Shown: one piece after another, positions 40,464 to 50,400 of the stretch
How the letters are laid out: each line of letters starts with the position of its first letter
Numbering within the stretch: the first letter of the stretch is position 1
Source of the DNA: an uncultured Clostridia bacterium
Lineage (GTDB): Bacteria; Bacillota; Clostridia; JAAYHZ01
Length of the DNA: 64,000 bases
NCBI GenBank assembly: GCA_937894465.1
Contig: CALCRE010000299.1
Location: forward strand, 1,244 to 65,243
Reading direction: 5' to 3'
Notes under the pieces: generated by a model
The model's database searches: none
Seen by the model: only the letters and a program-made list of their open reading frames with translations
Told to the model about the DNA's origin: nothing
Program-made: the position numbers and the translations under genes

Positions 40464-41606
40464 TCATGCCAATAGATCCACCGAGTATCGGGGAACTTGC
40501 TTTACCGCAACATGTATTTCATCCTTGATTTCGACGGATTCTTCACCGGAATCCCATTGCATATCATTTCCGGTGTACCGATGATGTCCGCTGTCCTTGT
40601 GATCTAAAGAATGATTTGAAAGGTTTACAAAATCCATCTTTTGCTCAAAACCGGAACACTCGATTTCCTTTACTGATACACCTTGAATCTTCAGGTTGTC
40701 TGTTATATATGGTAACTTTTCATCCAGAGCTTTCTTCACTTCTTCATTGGATGCTTTTATTTTGATCACCAACCGGTTTTCTTCTTCTGTGATATGGATA
40801 TGTAAATCTCCCAAATAGCGAGGTTGTAAATGAACCTCCATCTCTCTGGAACCCTTTACTTCACCACTTTGGGTTATATAATCAATAACATTTTGAGTTA
40901 TATGTCGAATTTCCTCATCAGGGTAGACTTTAGGTAAAGCATCTGTTTCTATAAAAGCATTCGGATCCAATCCGGCTTGAAAAGACACCGCCGGGTTAAA
41001 AGAGAGTTGGTCTGTCCTTTTAGACGGTCCTTCTTTAACCTGCATCTCTTGGGGCAAATCTTGAGGTAAATCTTGAGGTAAATCTTGAGGCACTTCTTGA
41101 CGAACCTTAAGGAAAATCTCCCCGTCATTTCCTTTACCTATAGACACATCCGGTATGTCCATCGTTGGTATATCTTCATCCGACTGCATCAAAAAAGGCA
41201 TAAATTGATTATTTGTCGGTAGTTCTTCTGTAAATACTGCTACAGGTTTCTCCGTTACTGATGAATGAACATTCAAGTTTTCCACATCCATACTCAACTC
41301 TTGATTCATCTCTTGTAAACAGACCGGTACATAGCTTGGTCTTTTAAGAGGGGTGACGCAAGATGTGGCACATTTTTGCTCTTGATCCTCCGGAAGTTCC
41401 GAAATGGTTTGAATAGGAATCAATGTATTGACAAGGTTGATTACATTCACATCATCCTCTTTCGTTTCTTCTTGAGTTTGTACCAAAGATTCACTCTTTA
41501 AAAATTCACCGAACAACAAAAAGAAAACATCCGGTTTTTCCTTTTTGCAGTTCGTCGAAGGTTCAAGTTGAAGGGGAACTTTTTCTATTACCTGTACACA
41601 GTTCAT
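40464..41606 (-). CDS. fliK: hook-length control protein FliK
   Basis: C-terminal Flg_hook-like region; internal LPQD repeats. Confidence 0.75.
   Translation of the reverse strand: MNCVQVIEKVPLQLEPSTNCKKEKPDVFFLLFGEFLKSESLVQTQEETKEDDVNVINLVNTLIPIQTISELPEDQEQKCATSCVTPLKRPSYVPVCLQEMNQELSMDVENLNVHSSVTEKPVAVFTEELPTNNQFMPFLMQSDEDIPTMDIPDVSIGKGNDGEIFLKVRQEVPQDLPQDLPQDLPQEMQVKEGPSKRTDQLSFNPAVSFQAGLDPNAFIETDALPKVYPDEEIRHITQNVIDYITQSGEVKGSREMEVHLQPRYLGDLHIHITEEENRLVIKIKASNEEVKKALDEKLPYITDNLKIQGVSVKEIECSGFEQKMDFVNLSNHSLDHKDSGHHRYTGNDMQWDSGEESVEIKDEIHVAVKQVPRYSVDLLA
41055..41102 (-). repeat. 12-nt tandem repeat x4 (AAATCTTGAGGT) encoding (DLPQ)n inside fliK
   Basis: Read directly from the sequence. 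Confidence 0.7.
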
Positions 41607-42265
41607 TCCGTTTCCTCCTTTTCACCCATTTGTGCCATATATTTCGCAGCGATTTCCGGGTTCAAAGCGCTTAATATCGAAGCGGCAGTACCCGGTTTCA
41701 TATATTTTAAAATATTGATAATCATTTGCTCATCTTCATGCCTTGCCATAATGTTTGCCGCGGTCTTTGGCTCCATAGATCTATAGATTTCCACCAACTC
41801 TTGCAAGGAATCGCCTTCCGAAGACAACTCATCCAACGCAACGGAAGCCAATTCTAATTTTTCTTGCAAATCTTTTTCTGCTTTGATCAGTTGATCTTCC
41901 CTTCTTAAAAGATCGTTTTCTTTTCTTTTAAGATCTTTTTCATAGAGGTTCAATTCATCTTCTTTTGCGGCAAGATTGTTACCGGTGTTTTTGATCTCTT
42001 CTTGTTCGGCCATATATACAGAATCATTGGTTCTTAACAAATGCAGGACTTCCAATCCTATATCCCCTACATTGAAATATATGAGGGTGATCAGCATGCC
42101 AAAACACAATAACAGCAGAACAAGTGTGGCAAAGGACGCCGCAAAGGGGCTGACCTTTGCCCTTGATTGTTGTGTTGTGATTTTCAAATTACCCTTTTGA
42201 TTTACATGTAAAGGTATGACAGTACCATTTCCGCCTTTCACAAACCATCCTCCTTTTTCAGTCAA
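41603..42265 (-). CDS. YlxF-like flagellar protein with MgtE-N-like C-terminal domain
   Basis: Position between fliJ and fliK; coiled-coil plus C-terminal helical domain. Confidence 0.45.
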   Translation of the reverse strand: MTEKGGWFVKGGNGTVIPLHVNQKGNLKITTQQSRAKVSPFAASFATLVLLLLCFGMLITLIYFNVGDIGLEVLHLLRTNDSVYMAEQEEIKNTGNNLAAKEDELNLYEKDLKRKENDLLRREDQLIKAEKDLQEKLELASVALDELSSEGDSLQELVEIYRSMEPKTAANIMARHEDEQMIINILKYMKPGTAASILSALNPEIAAKYMAQMGEKEETE

Positions 42266-42280
42266 TAACCAGTGTGACCT

Positions 42281-42709
42281 TCAACCTCTTCTGCAAGATA
42301 AAATGTCATCCATTTCTTTATCCTGCTCTTTTTTGTACTCAACCATATACAGTTCATACTGCTTTTGTTTTAACTTCTCCAAAGTCTTTTTTTCTATGGT
42401 CACATCCATCAATTGTTTTTGTATTTGAGCCGATTCCTTTTTTAATTCCTCGGCATGTCGTTTCATTTCAAGTCTTTTGTCCTCAAGGGATTTATAGTGC
42501 ATTTGGAATATTTTCATATCCTCCGCCCACATGCCCTCCTTAGACAAGTAAACCTTTTTGGCATCCGCTTTTTGGTTTTCCACACATTGCATCTGTTGAT
42601 ACACGCTCTTTAAACTTGCCAGCACTTGAGACTGTTGGTTTTTCAATTGTTTTTCCATGGAAACCTTGATTTTTAACAAAGACTCCATGGTAAATACAAA
42701 CTTTTTCAT
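42281..42709 (-). CDS. fliJ: FliJ
   Basis: 142-aa coiled-coil; its ATG overlaps the stop of the upstream remnant (ccATGAaa). Confidence 0.7.
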   Translation of the reverse strand: MKKFVFTMESLLKIKVSMEKQLKNQQSQVLASLKSVYQQMQCVENQKADAKKVYLSKEGMWAEDMKIFQMHYKSLEDKRLEMKRHAEELKKESAQIQKQLMDVTIEKKTLEKLKQKQYELYMVEYKKEQDKEMDDILSCRRG

Positions 42710-42822
42710 GGTGCATCTCCTTTAAAAAGACCCTTCATTTGTTGTAAGGTTTCCTCAATACCTGCACGAGCATCACTGGCCTGGGAATCCGAATTATAAA
42801 AGGGGTTTAAATCCTGCCGATG
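42706..42822 (-). pseudogene. fliI: 3'-terminal remnant (~38 codons) of fliI (flagellar ATPase)
   Basis: ...ARAGIEETLQQMKGLFKGDAP* with the stop overlapping the fliJ ATG; upstream a TAA, and no room for the rest of fliI. Confidence 0.4.
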
Positions 42823-43451
42823 TTATATGGACAGAGATTGAAAAACTCCGTCCTAGGCTGATATTAGATATAGCTTGCGGAACAGGACAAGGGATAAAGC
42901 ATCAGATAAAAAAAATAAACTGGCCGGTAACAATAGTTATGGTAGATTTAAGTCACCGTATTTTAAAATGGGATAAAGTTTTTTATTCAACTGAATGGAA
43001 AAATCCTTATGTAGAAATGGTTTATTTGGCTTGTGATGGAGCAAATTTACCTATATTAAGTGACTCGATAGATGTTGTATTTTCTTATGCCGGTTATGAA
43101 AGCATGCAGACTAAAATGATGAATGGGTTTCATGAGGCGTTCAGAGTATTAAAAAGTGGTGGTCATACTATTTATACAAAATCAGTTGTTGAAAATCATG
43201 AGAGTGAAAACTCTAAAAAGTGGATTGATTTATTGTTCTCTCATTTAGATTGCGAAGAAAAATTTGGGTGGAAAGATAAGATGCTGGACGTTAATCAATG
43301 GCTTCAAGTTTGCAAAGATACAGGATTTGTTGAAGTCAACAATACAAAAATTTATGGTGAACTTCCAGTGCCAGACACAGTTAAATTTCCTTTTGAAAAT
43401 GAAATGGCTCAATGGATGGCGGAATATGTTTATACTTCCAGAAAGCCTTAA
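42726..43451 (+). pseudogene. class I SAM methyltransferase lacking a start codon (5'-truncated), overlapping the fliI remnant in antisense
   Basis: The frame opens right after a TAA and reads ...NPADVIWTEIEKLRPRLILDIACGTGQG... (motif I), then DGANLPILSDSIDVVFS and VLKSGG. No in-frame ATG/GTG/TTG precedes motif I. Confidence 0.55.
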
Positions 43452-43487
43452 CATATAGTATAATTACATAGTAACATTCTTTCAAAT

Positions 43488-44405
43488 TCAAATTATAACT
43501 ATAGGTATCCAAACTTCTGCAATAAATCTTTCATTTCCAATATATTTATACTCTTCAAGCTCTGGTGCATCAGCGTGTTCATAACCGGAAGTCGGGAACC
43601 ATTCAGAATAAATTCGTCTCCATATAGCCTGCGTTTCTTCTGTTATTTCTTCCTCAGTAATCTTATCTGTGGGAAACACGGCCCATGTTAAAGATGGTAT
43701 ATTCAGCTTTACAAATTCATCTGAAATACCGGATTCCGGGGTGTCTTGACATATCAAGTAACGGAATGTACCGTCTTTACCATTATGTCCAAACAATGCC
43801 CCGTTAAGTAACATCTCTTGATTTCCAAACATATCGCCTTTGATTGTTATTTCATTCCGGTTCCCAGCGGCTCTTAGAATTTTTTCCATAGTGCCGTCAT
43901 TAACCGAGTTGAGCCAAAATTCAGGTATTTGTTGATAACATTTTCCATCAATAGCACTAACCATTGTATCAACACCAAATACAGAAAAAGCCTCTTTTTC
44001 TTCTACCCTATAATTCATTTCAACATCTCCTTTAATAGAAATATGAACGGTCATGCGAGGATATGCTTTTAACTGTATGCCCTTATCACGCGCTGATTTA
44101 GGCGTAACACCATGCAAATTTTGAAATGCACGAGTAAATGAATTCGGCGAATCATAGCCATACTTTAATGCAAGTTCTATTATCTTGATATTGCTGTTTT
44201 GAAGTTCAAAAGCTGCAAGGGTCAATCGTCTGCGCCTTATATATTCTGATACGGGAACTCCGGTAATAAACGAAAACATTCGCTGAAAGTGATACGACGA
44301 GCACATCGCTCTCCGCGCTACTTCATCATAATCAATTTTAGCCGATAGGTTAACCTCGATATAGCTTATCGCATTATTCATTCTTTGAAGCCAATCCATC
44401 CACAT
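43488..44405 (-). CDS. AraC-family regulator with GyrI-like effector-binding domain
   Basis: N-terminal AraC HTH (GYDSPNSFTRAFQNLHGVTP); C-terminal GyrI-like domain. Confidence 0.8.
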   Translation of the reverse strand: MWMDWLQRMNNAISYIEVNLSAKIDYDEVARRAMCSSYHFQRMFSFITGVPVSEYIRRRRLTLAAFELQNSNIKIIELALKYGYDSPNSFTRAFQNLHGVTPKSARDKGIQLKAYPRMTVHISIKGDVEMNYRVEEKEAFSVFGVDTMVSAIDGKCYQQIPEFWLNSVNDGTMEKILRAAGNRNEITIKGDMFGNQEMLLNGALFGHNGKDGTFRYLICQDTPESGISDEFVKLNIPSLTWAVFPTDKITEEEITEETQAIWRRIYSEWFPTSGYEHADAPELEEYKYIGNERFIAEVWIPIVII

Positions 44406-44771
44406 AACCTCCTTTCGATTATCAGTATAACAGCATAAAAAATAATAAGCTCCGCATTTCATGCACTAAAATGTTAATAAAGATAAACTCAAGAAAATAA
44501 TGCACCGGGCTTTGCAAAAAGTCAAATTGCTAATGAATGGTTGACAAATCCCATTACAGTTGTTATATTTTTATTAATATTTAAATGCTTAATATATTTT
44601 TAATAATTAAATTTGGCAAATCATTCGAAAGGATGAGACGCAAAGCTTTGGAGTCTAAAACACTGAAAGTGAAATGATCGTCCGGTTGCACTTATATCGA
44701 TAATATATATAGTTGCTTCCGGATTATTAAGTTTTGGTACTTATGTCCAATATTTGGATAAATCATTTTAT

Positions 44772-44801
44772 TTGACATAGTTGGGCACACTAATGTATTA
44801 T
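44772..44801 (+). promoter_or_regulatory. candidate sigma-A promoter for the XRE gene (TTGACA-N18-TATTAT)
   Basis: Read directly; about 25 nt upstream of the 44826 start. Confidence 0.35.
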
Positions 44802-44825
44802 TGTGTAATAAAGGGGACATAAAGT

Positions 44826-45356
44826 ATGTTTGGTGAAAGATTGTATGTGTTAAGAACTGAAAAAGGCTTATCCATGAAAAAGGCCGGGGAATCCGTGGGC
44901 GTTTCTAACGCTGCTTGGAACAAATATGAAAAAAACAGATCCGATCCTTCTTATGCGATTCTAATTAAGATAGCGGATCTTTTTGATGTATCCATCGATT
45001 ACCTATTAGGAAGAAGCAATATACGGAATGAAAAATCTTCAGAAACCATTAAAAATACTAACGCTATCATAAAAAAATTAAAGAATGGGGTTATTATAGA
45101 TACGGTTATTCTCACCAGATTATCAAGTTCGCTCGATGAAGCTTTGGATAACTATAACCGAGGAATCATCGATGATGATTCATTATTAAATTTAATTAGT
45201 TTGTTAGCCAACACTGTTATGTCATTTAACAAATTGGTAAAACAGAAAACTGAGCAGGATTTTATATTGTATCAAAATACTATGGTGGAACTGATTAATG
45301 AATACAGTAATATGTTTCATGCTTTAAAAGATCCGGTTCATGAAGGTAAAAATTAA
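44826..45356 (+). CDS. XRE-family HTH transcriptional regulator
   Basis: LRTEKGLSMKKAGESVGVSNAAWNKYEKN HTH_3. Confidence 0.7.
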   Translation: MFGERLYVLRTEKGLSMKKAGESVGVSNAAWNKYEKNRSDPSYAILIKIADLFDVSIDYLLGRSNIRNEKSSETIKNTNAIIKKLKNGVIIDTVILTRLSSSLDEALDNYNRGIIDDDSLLNLISLLANTVMSFNKLVKQKTEQDFILYQNTMVELINEYSNMFHALKDPVHEGKN

Positions 45357-46621
45357 GGTTTCCCATACACATCCCATCTACCTGGTATTTTTATCGTGAA
45401 AACGGTTCCTTTCTCCGCACTACTGTCCACCGAAACCGTTCCTTGTATCGCCTCTATACTTTTAACCACTGCATCCATACCCACACCACGACCGGAGTAT
45501 TCCGTCACACTTTCGTTTGTAGAGAATCCGGGAAGAAATATCAAGTTGTATATTTCCTGATCCGTCATATCTGTTGCTTCTTTATACAACAAGTTCATTT
45601 TCGCGGCCTTTTTTAAGATCTTCTCTTTATCCAAGCCATGGCCGTCATCCGTCACTGAAATCAACACATCCATTCCGGAAATATTAGCTTCTAAAGTGAC
45701 GGTTCCCGTTTTCGGTTTGCCTTTTTTTATTCTCTCCTCCGGTAATTCCAACCCGTGAACAACGGCATTACTGATCAGGTGCATCAATGAAATAGATATG
45801 TACTCAATAATATTTTGATCCATTTCGATTTCTTCCCCGATTACTTTCAACAAAACATCCTTATTCAATTTCTTACCCATATCCCGAACGATACGATGCA
45901 TTTTTGTAAATGTTACAGACAAGGGGATCATTCGCAAAGACATAACAACATCTTGCATTTCTTTGGTGATCAACTCCAATCGTTGTACCGCTTTATCAAA
46001 TTTTTTAGATTTTAGTTCTGCTATGTCAGGGTATTGTGTCACTACAGACTGGGAAACAACCAACTCCCCCATCAGATCCATAAGCTTGTCCAGCTTGCAA
46101 CCATTGATACGAATCATGCTTTGCTTGTTTGTTGTACCGCTTTTTTCTTCAAAGGTGATAACTTCCTTGAATTCCTTATTGCCATCGACTTGAGTATCGA
46201 TTTGATCGTTGAATACTTTTAAACAGTGGAGAAACCTTTTATTTTCTTCTATGAGTTTGGCCGGATCACCGGTTATTTTTCCCCCCTCTTTAATTTCATT
46301 CGTTTCCTCCTTTATGAAGTCTGTGCCCGCTAATATCAAATCAGTCAATTCCGACCGGTCGAAATAGGCGGGATGCTCATCTCGAATAAATGAAAACAAG
46401 TCTTCCATAGTGTGTGTAAGAGCAGTTATCTGATCATAACCCATCATTGCAGATGAACCTTTAATGGTGTGCATGATTCGAAATATCTCGTTTATGTTGT
46501 CTTTTGTATAAAGATCCGTTTTTTCTCGTGTTAGCACTATTTGCTCAAATAGTTCAATTAATTTGTTAGTTTCAAATATATAGACATCAGCAAGCGAATC
46601 ATTCGTAAAATTATTTAACAT
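45353..46621 (-). CDS. CheA-like histidine kinase (HPt-dimerisation-HATPase_c) lacking P2 and CheW-like P5 domains
   Basis: HPt motif HTIKGSSAMMG; HATPase_c (DDGHGLD, GRGVGMD); 422 aa; no adjacent response regulator. Confidence 0.65.
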   Translation of the reverse strand: MLNNFTNDSLADVYIFETNKLIELFEQIVLTREKTDLYTKDNINEIFRIMHTIKGSSAMMGYDQITALTHTMEDLFSFIRDEHPAYFDRSELTDLILAGTDFIKEETNEIKEGGKITGDPAKLIEENKRFLHCLKVFNDQIDTQVDGNKEFKEVITFEEKSGTTNKQSMIRINGCKLDKLMDLMGELVVSQSVVTQYPDIAELKSKKFDKAVQRLELITKEMQDVVMSLRMIPLSVTFTKMHRIVRDMGKKLNKDVLLKVIGEEIEMDQNIIEYISISLMHLISNAVVHGLELPEERIKKGKPKTGTVTLEANISGMDVLISVTDDGHGLDKEKILKKAAKMNLLYKEATDMTDQEIYNLIFLPGFSTNESVTEYSGRGVGMDAVVKSIEAIQGTVSVDSSAEKGTVFTIKIPGRWDVYGKP

Positions 46622-46774
46622 ACATTACTCCCTTTGATCAATAGAATGGTATTGCGTTCCATATCCCTCTCTTTCTCTTTATCGTATAGAAATGAAGAAA
46701 CTTTAGACATGAGACAAACCTCACATTTCTCCCTGCACATTGTAGCGTCGAACCCGTAATAAGTTGCCGCAGTC

Positions 46775-47040
46775 CGGTTCTTTTTAGAAACCGGACTACG
46801 GCTCACTTGGAGAATAATAGTATGGAAACAATAAAGCTTATGGCGTTGCACTATATCATATGTGTTTAGATAAAATATGTGACGGAGCAAGTTAGAGAAA
46901 TGGTCATCAAATGTTGATAGATGTAAACAGCTTAAAACCGCAGCCCGTGATCGGAAGTCGGACTGCGGTTTCAAGGGAAATAGTATGAAATAATAAAACT
47001 TTGGCGTTGCAAAGTATTATATGTCCGCTCTACAGAATTG
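46775..47040. repeat. tandem pair of ~100-nt related elements, each starting with a CCGCAG(T/C)CCG...CGGACT(A/G)CGG hairpin followed by a conserved AATAGTATG..TGGCGTTGCA..TAT..ATATGT box
   Basis: Read directly; the copies start at about 46775 and 46938. Confidence 0.5.
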
Positions 47041-47147
47041 GTGTCTTATTTATTCTTTAATTTTCCCAACTGTTTTTTTCACTCATCTTCTAGCCCGGTA
47101 GTAGATATCTGTTTGATAAACTTTTCTGTGCCATCCAATTTTGCCTT

Positions 47148-47183
47148 GTAAAGCTTCCAGCCATCTGCTTCACTGCGGTAAGC
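47148..47183. repeat. 36-bp direct repeat copy 1 (TTGTAAAGCTTCCAGCCATCTGCTTCACTGCGGTAA), 35/36 identical to 58442..58477
   Basis: Read directly; on the minus strand it encodes YRSEADGWKLYKA inside a start-less ORF fragment. Confidence 0.6.
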
Positions 47184-47227
47184 CGTGTTCTGATAAAAAT
47201 AATATTTTCAGTTTTATCCTAACAATG

Positions 47228-49531
47228 TTAATAGTATAAACGTCTTTTCAATTTTGCAATAAGATCTCGTAACGTAAAAACCGTTCCTTGTATTTTATTT
47301 GACATTAATTTTTCTATGTAAGGTATGCGACTAAACTGGTTGGAGCTTTCGTTGATCATGTAAGACCACGTTGTAGTGGCACCTGAAAGGCCGGCATCTT
47401 TCATATCAATTCCATTTTCGTTGATTACGCATTTGAGCATGTATTCAACTACATCACTTCTTATGTCTGCCATCACTTCGTTAAATGCAGATATGGCAAA
47501 AATCTTATATTCGTCCAATGGACTTTTTCCACCAATAATCATAAGATGAATACCATTTCGTTTATCCTCCATAGCGGACAAATAGGAAGCCCAATTCATA
47601 TTAAGAAAGTATAACGTTAATTGTTTTTCAGCTATTGTCGTGCCACCTATTCCATAACGGTCAATTAACTCTTCGTATTTATCAGGTCTTTCTTCTTGCA
47701 TAATGGCAGGGGCTTGTATATCCAGCAAAAGCCGTGTGCGATAATCAGTCACTTTTATCCGGTGTTTTTCAAGTATCTGCGAATATCGTTCTAACATATA
47801 CCGGGCTTCTGCATCCCTGCCTTCTTGTATCTTTTGTGCTTTGCGCAGTAGCTTTGGATATTTCTTGTAGTTATATAACTCGATCTCAAAGAATGTTTCC
47901 AGTTTCAAGTCGTTCAGGCAAACAAAGAACCGACTTTCTCCAGGATCGCCCTGCCGGCCGGCTCGCCCCCTTAACTGGTTGTCGACACGTAAACTCCGGT
48001 TTATCCCTGTACTTATCACAAAAAGCCCACCTATGGCTCGAACAAAATCTGCTTGTCCCTCATCTTTGCCACCTAGTCGTATATCAACACCGCGTCCGGC
48101 CATATTTGTAGAGATTGTAACCTGATATGGTTTTCCTGCGTCTGCTATTATTTCTGCTTCTTCCGTATCATTTCGGGCATTGAGAACACTATGCTTTATA
48201 TTGCACTCTGCCAGTAGAGCCGAAAAATGCTCTGACTCCTGTACACTTTGTGTTCCGACTAAAACCGGCTGTCCTTTATAGTGTGATGATTGTATGCAAG
48301 ATAGTATTGCGTTTTCCTGTATTTCCTTCTCCAAAAAAATAAAATCCGGGTGGTCTATGCGAATACAAGGTATATGCGGCGGTATCACATCAACTTCTAA
48401 TCCATACATTTTCCAAAGCTCCGACGATGAAGAAGCTACTGTTCCGCTCATGCCGCAAAGCATTTCATAAAGTGATAAAAACGCTTGCATACTAATAGAA
48501 TTATAAATAACCGTAGGTTCATCCTGTAATCGTAGCTCCTGCATTTCTACCGCTTGATGGAGTAAATCGGGAAAACGTCTATTTTCAGCAACTCGCCCTG
48601 TTGCTTCATCTATGACAAGAATTGCACCTTCTTTAACAATATAATCCTTATCCCTTTTTATTAAAAATCTTGCTTCTAAGGCGGTGTTAATCATAGCAAG
48701 CATATCTGCATTTTCGGGCAAGTATAAGTTCCCGAGTTGCATTTTTGCTTCTATTGCATTAATGCCGGTTTCTGTCAGCCATACTTGATTGACTGATGGG
48801 TTTACCTCATAGTCACTCTCAATCAATTCCGAAATCACTCTGGAAATTTGTGTTGCCATTCCTAACCTTGTATCGGCGTTCCCTGCCAAAACAAGCGGAA
48901 TCCGGGCTTCATCAATTAAAATCGAATCCGCTTCATCAACTAAAGCGATTGGGAAAGTGTCAAATAGTAGCTCTTCTTTTTCCGTACAAAGGAAGCCCCG
49001 CAAATAATCAAAAGCAGCTTCTTTTGCTGAAACATACACCACATTGCAGGAATAGGCGGCTTTTCTCTGTGTGAAGTCAGATGTTTCTTCGATGAAGCCG
49101 CAGGTCAAACCGCAAGCTGCATAAATAGAGAGATTTGTAGAGCAATCCCTGCGTGCAAGATAATCGTTGAACACAAGAATATGGACACTTTTATTTTGCA
49201 ATGCTAAAATTGTAGCAGTTACTACCGCAGAAAGAGTTTTTCCTTCGCCGGTAGGAAGCTCAGCAATACGGCCTTGCTGCATTGAGTACGCAGCCAGTAA
49301 CTGTGTATCAAATAATAAAAGTCCGGTTTTTCTTCGGATAATTTCTTTGAGAATACTGTACGCTTCGGGTATTCTGTCATTATGCAACACACATTGTCGG
49401 AGCAAGTCAGACAATTCATTTTCTGTTCGATTGCCCCACTGGTACTCTTTCGTTTTTCTAATAAAATCGGGGTAAATATTATCAAGCCCCTTTTTATAGC
49501 ATTTGTTATTTATTTTCACACTAAACTCCAT
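47228..49531 (-). CDS. secA2: SecA2-like accessory preprotein translocase ATPase
   Basis: ELPTGEGKTLSAV Walker A; DEAD motor and preprotein cross-linking regions; shorter than canonical SecA and lacking the C-terminal Zn finger; start placed at MEFSVKINN. Confidence 0.75.
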   Translation of the reverse strand: MEFSVKINNKCYKKGLDNIYPDFIRKTKEYQWGNRTENELSDLLRQCVLHNDRIPEAYSILKEIIRRKTGLLLFDTQLLAAYSMQQGRIAELPTGEGKTLSAVVTATILALQNKSVHILVFNDYLARRDCSTNLSIYAACGLTCGFIEETSDFTQRKAAYSCNVVYVSAKEAAFDYLRGFLCTEKEELLFDTFPIALVDEADSILIDEARIPLVLAGNADTRLGMATQISRVISELIESDYEVNPSVNQVWLTETGINAIEAKMQLGNLYLPENADMLAMINTALEARFLIKRDKDYIVKEGAILVIDEATGRVAENRRFPDLLHQAVEMQELRLQDEPTVIYNSISMQAFLSLYEMLCGMSGTVASSSSELWKMYGLEVDVIPPHIPCIRIDHPDFIFLEKEIQENAILSCIQSSHYKGQPVLVGTQSVQESEHFSALLAECNIKHSVLNARNDTEEAEIIADAGKPYQVTISTNMAGRGVDIRLGGKDEGQADFVRAIGGLFVISTGINRSLRVDNQLRGRAGRQGDPGESRFFVCLNDLKLETFFEIELYNYKKYPKLLRKAQKIQEGRDAEARYMLERYSQILEKHRIKVTDYRTRLLLDIQAPAIMQEERPDKYEELIDRYGIGGTTIAEKQLTLYFLNMNWASYLSAMEDKRNGIHLMIIGGKSPLDEYKIFAISAFNEVMADIRSDVVEYMLKCVINENGIDMKDAGLSGATTTWSYMINESSNQFSRIPYIEKLMSNKIQGTVFTLRDLIAKLKRRLYY

Positions 49532-49880
49532 TCCGCCGCGGTCGCAGACAGCACAAATAAACTGTAAAAAATGGTGTGCGACCCTCACCATATTGGACAC
49601 ATCCGCATCACCCGGCGCCAATCCCTAAACAGGTGAATGCTGTAAAAAGGAAACAAGGATGATGCAAAATGTCCCAAATGGATTGAAGACCTTTTCCGAC
49701 ATAGGTTAATCCCAGGAGGTTATATTCCTCCCAAACCAATTCGTATTCTCTGTAAATATACCCGATACCGTTACAAACTTGTCGTGGTTTGTGAATATGA
49801 AATCAGTGTGTAAGAACGAATAAATCCTTTATCTAATAGCATATTGAAACTAACACGCTTATGGAGCAGCTAAACTGTAC

Positions 49881-50381
49881 TCAATCAAAAAAATCTTTAT
49901 GTAACAAGCTAATCTCTTCGCTTGCACGAACCGTAACATTAAATTGACCTGTTGCATTCTTCCCGGCAATTCGTATCCTATATTCTCCATCCTCCGGAAT
50001 CGTGAAGGTTATATTCGTATTCTCGTTTGATTCTTCTCTTTTTATTATGATATTATAATCTGAATCCAACACGATGATATAGAATAAACCTTCTCGTATT
50101 TCCGACTGATCCTGTAGTATGATTTCAGTGCCCTTTCTCGCAGTAATCTCCATCACAGTCCATTTCCCTGTGAATTGTTCAAAATCAAAACTCTTACCGT
50201 CTGCTACATTCTTTTCATCCTGCATGGAACCTACGGATCTTTCTTCTTTTACCTGGGATAAATAATCATCGGAACGATAATACATGGTACTATTTTTGAA
50301 CAAAGCCCCGCCTGACACTAACAATAAAACAAAGATGATGACCGAAATAATGACTATAGAAACTATTTTTCTATTTTTCAC
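49881..50381 (-). CDS. membrane-anchored hypothetical protein
   Basis: N-terminal TM segment; no recognisable motif. Confidence 0.4.
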   Translation of the reverse strand: MKNRKIVSIVIISVIIFVLLLVSGGALFKNSTMYYRSDDYLSQVKEERSVGSMQDEKNVADGKSFDFEQFTGKWTVMEITARKGTEIILQDQSEIREGLFYIIVLDSDYNIIIKREESNENTNITFTIPEDGEYRIRIAGKNATGQFNVTVRASEEISLLHKDFFD

Positions 50382-50400
50382 TTTTACTTTTCTCCTTACT

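Noticed and set aside
41055-41102. Possible CRISPR-like or noncoding repeat
   Set aside because: The 12-nt units are in frame inside fliK and encode an LPQD repeat. No CRISPR array is present anywhere in the window.
42939-43451. Treating the 170-aa ORF as a complete small gene
   Set aside because: The same frame continues upstream through methyltransferase motif I (ILDIACGTGQG) with no start codon. It is therefore a 5'-truncated pseudogene rather than a short intact ORF.
46615-46974. 119-aa minus-strand ORF
   Set aside because: It spans the tandem hairpin repeats, has no RBS or family features, and its sequence is dictated by the repeat structure.
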